DNA from: Podarcis filfolensis
Taxonomy: Eukaryota
Assembly (NCBI GenBank): GCA_964270895.1
Contig: OZ185440.1
DNA length: 64,000 nt
Strand: one strand, 5' to 3'
Positions 63,096 to 64,000 of this stretch are shown in pieces; the stretch's first letter is position 1, and the number at the start of each line of letters is the position of its first letter. A program made the translations under genes and the position numbers. The notes beneath the pieces are model-generated. The model searched no databases. It saw nothing but the letters and a program-made list of their open reading frames with translations, and had not been told where the DNA came from.

Positions 63096-63120
63096 TACAT
63101 ACATACACATACACACACAC
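63039..63120. repeat. Compound (AT)n(AC)n microsatellite
   Basis: Direct reading. Confidence 0.97.
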
Positions 63121-63483
63121 AGAGAGCTTTTATTCACTACCCAGTGGAGGGATATCTCACCTTCTTACTAATGCTTTTAGCACAGACACTCGGTACATTA
63201 TGAAGACATAATGTGGCACCACCTCACTCCTACTATTATTTATTATGTCTCTCTCTCTGGTGACAGCCTAAGGCACTGGACCTGGGATAGTGGATGAATT
63301 CTCAGACAGGAAGGAAATGGGGGAGGAAAGGAGGATGAAGCATAAGGTCCCTTGTTATAATCATATCAGCCACCATCAATGTGTTAAAAAATGTGGGCCT
63401 CCAAGTTAGATCTTTCCTTCTTCTTTCTGGAATTGTAGCTTTGGAACACAGACTGGACCTACAATAGGTGAACATGGTACAGC

Positions 63484-63629
63484 CAGAGATAGCTCACTCG
63501 GAAGAGCATGAGACTCTTAATGTCAGGTCATGGGTTCAAGCCTCACGTTGGGCAAAAGATTCCTGCATTATGGGATCAATAGTTGACCCTTGTAGTCCCT
63601 TCCAACGCCACAATTCTATGGCTCTATGA
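63484..63629 (+). mobile_element. tRNA-Lys-derived SINE with CR1-type tail
   Basis: GATAGCTCAC..G.AGAGCATGAGACTCTTAAT...GGGTTCAAGCCTCACGTTGGGCAAAAGATTCCTGCATT...TTCTATG. Confidence 0.85.
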
Positions 63630-64000
63630 CTTACACGAATGGAAGAATGTTAGAAGGAAGTTTGTAGCATATTCAGCAGCACACAAACATCAATGCATCA
63701 TCAGGAAAATCAGGTACTATTTCTTCTACGTCACTCTTGCATTCACTGTAGGAAGCCAGCTATGTGGACTGAAAATCTTTGCCTGATTCCATGCCACTCT
63801 GCATCAACAGTGCAGGCCACTAGCAGACTAAGCTCTGGATAAAGATAGTTGAGATGGGAAGCAAGGAAACAGTCCATCAGATCTGTGAATATAGAACTGT
63901 GCAGATATACACTAGGAAATTCGAATGATCTTCAGGGCACCAGTAGCCATAACTGATTGTTATTTCAGGAGTGGTCAGCCTCGTATGCTTTGTCCTCAAG

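Larger units (their letters stand above)
1..64000 (-). other. RNF220: RNF220 transcription unit: intron upstream of the exon (8755-64000, at least 55 kb) and intron downstream (1-8624)
   Basis: Inferred from the single recognised exon. No other recognisable RNF220 coding exon was found, and vertebrate RNF220 is known to have a very large intron ahead of this exon. Confidence 0.85.

Noticed and set aside
1-64000. Remaining ORFs in the six-frame track
   Set aside because: They are short, often start at GTG or TTG, overlap microsatellites or TEs, show no recognisable domains, and occur at chance frequency.

Overview
This is AT-rich, CpG-depleted vertebrate genomic DNA. Its SINE complement (Sauria SINE, Squam3-like, tRNA-Lys/CR1-tailed SINE) points to a squamate, probably a lacertid lizard. 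The window appears to lie entirely inside the minus-strand gene RNF220 (RING E3 ubiquitin ligase). The only securely recognisable coding piece is one 130-nt exon at 8625-8754, equivalent to human exon 3 (CKKKATLFDSQAPICPICQVLLRPGELQEHMEQEMEKLTQLNIS). About 55 kb of the very large upstream intron lies at higher coordinates, and at least 8.6 kb of the next intron lies at lower coordinates. The introns are a mosaic of old and young transposons (CR1, L2, L1, several SINEs, Tc1/mariner-type and hAT-type MITEs), microsatellites, and TE-free blocks with retained CpG and homeodomain/Sox/Fox motif clusters that look like conserved enhancers. The most interesting new signal is a CpG-rich island at about 55.6-55.85 kb. 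It carries a minus-strand ATG ORF ending at a CAG|GTAAAC donor whose phase (1) joins in frame to the RNF220 exon, so it is a candidate alternative first exon for an N-terminally replaced RNF220 isoform. There is no rRNA, no genuine tRNA, no CRISPR array and no prokaryote-type system. Nearly all ORFs in the supplied track are spurious. RNF220 and TE family names come from recalled sequence motifs, not from database searches.
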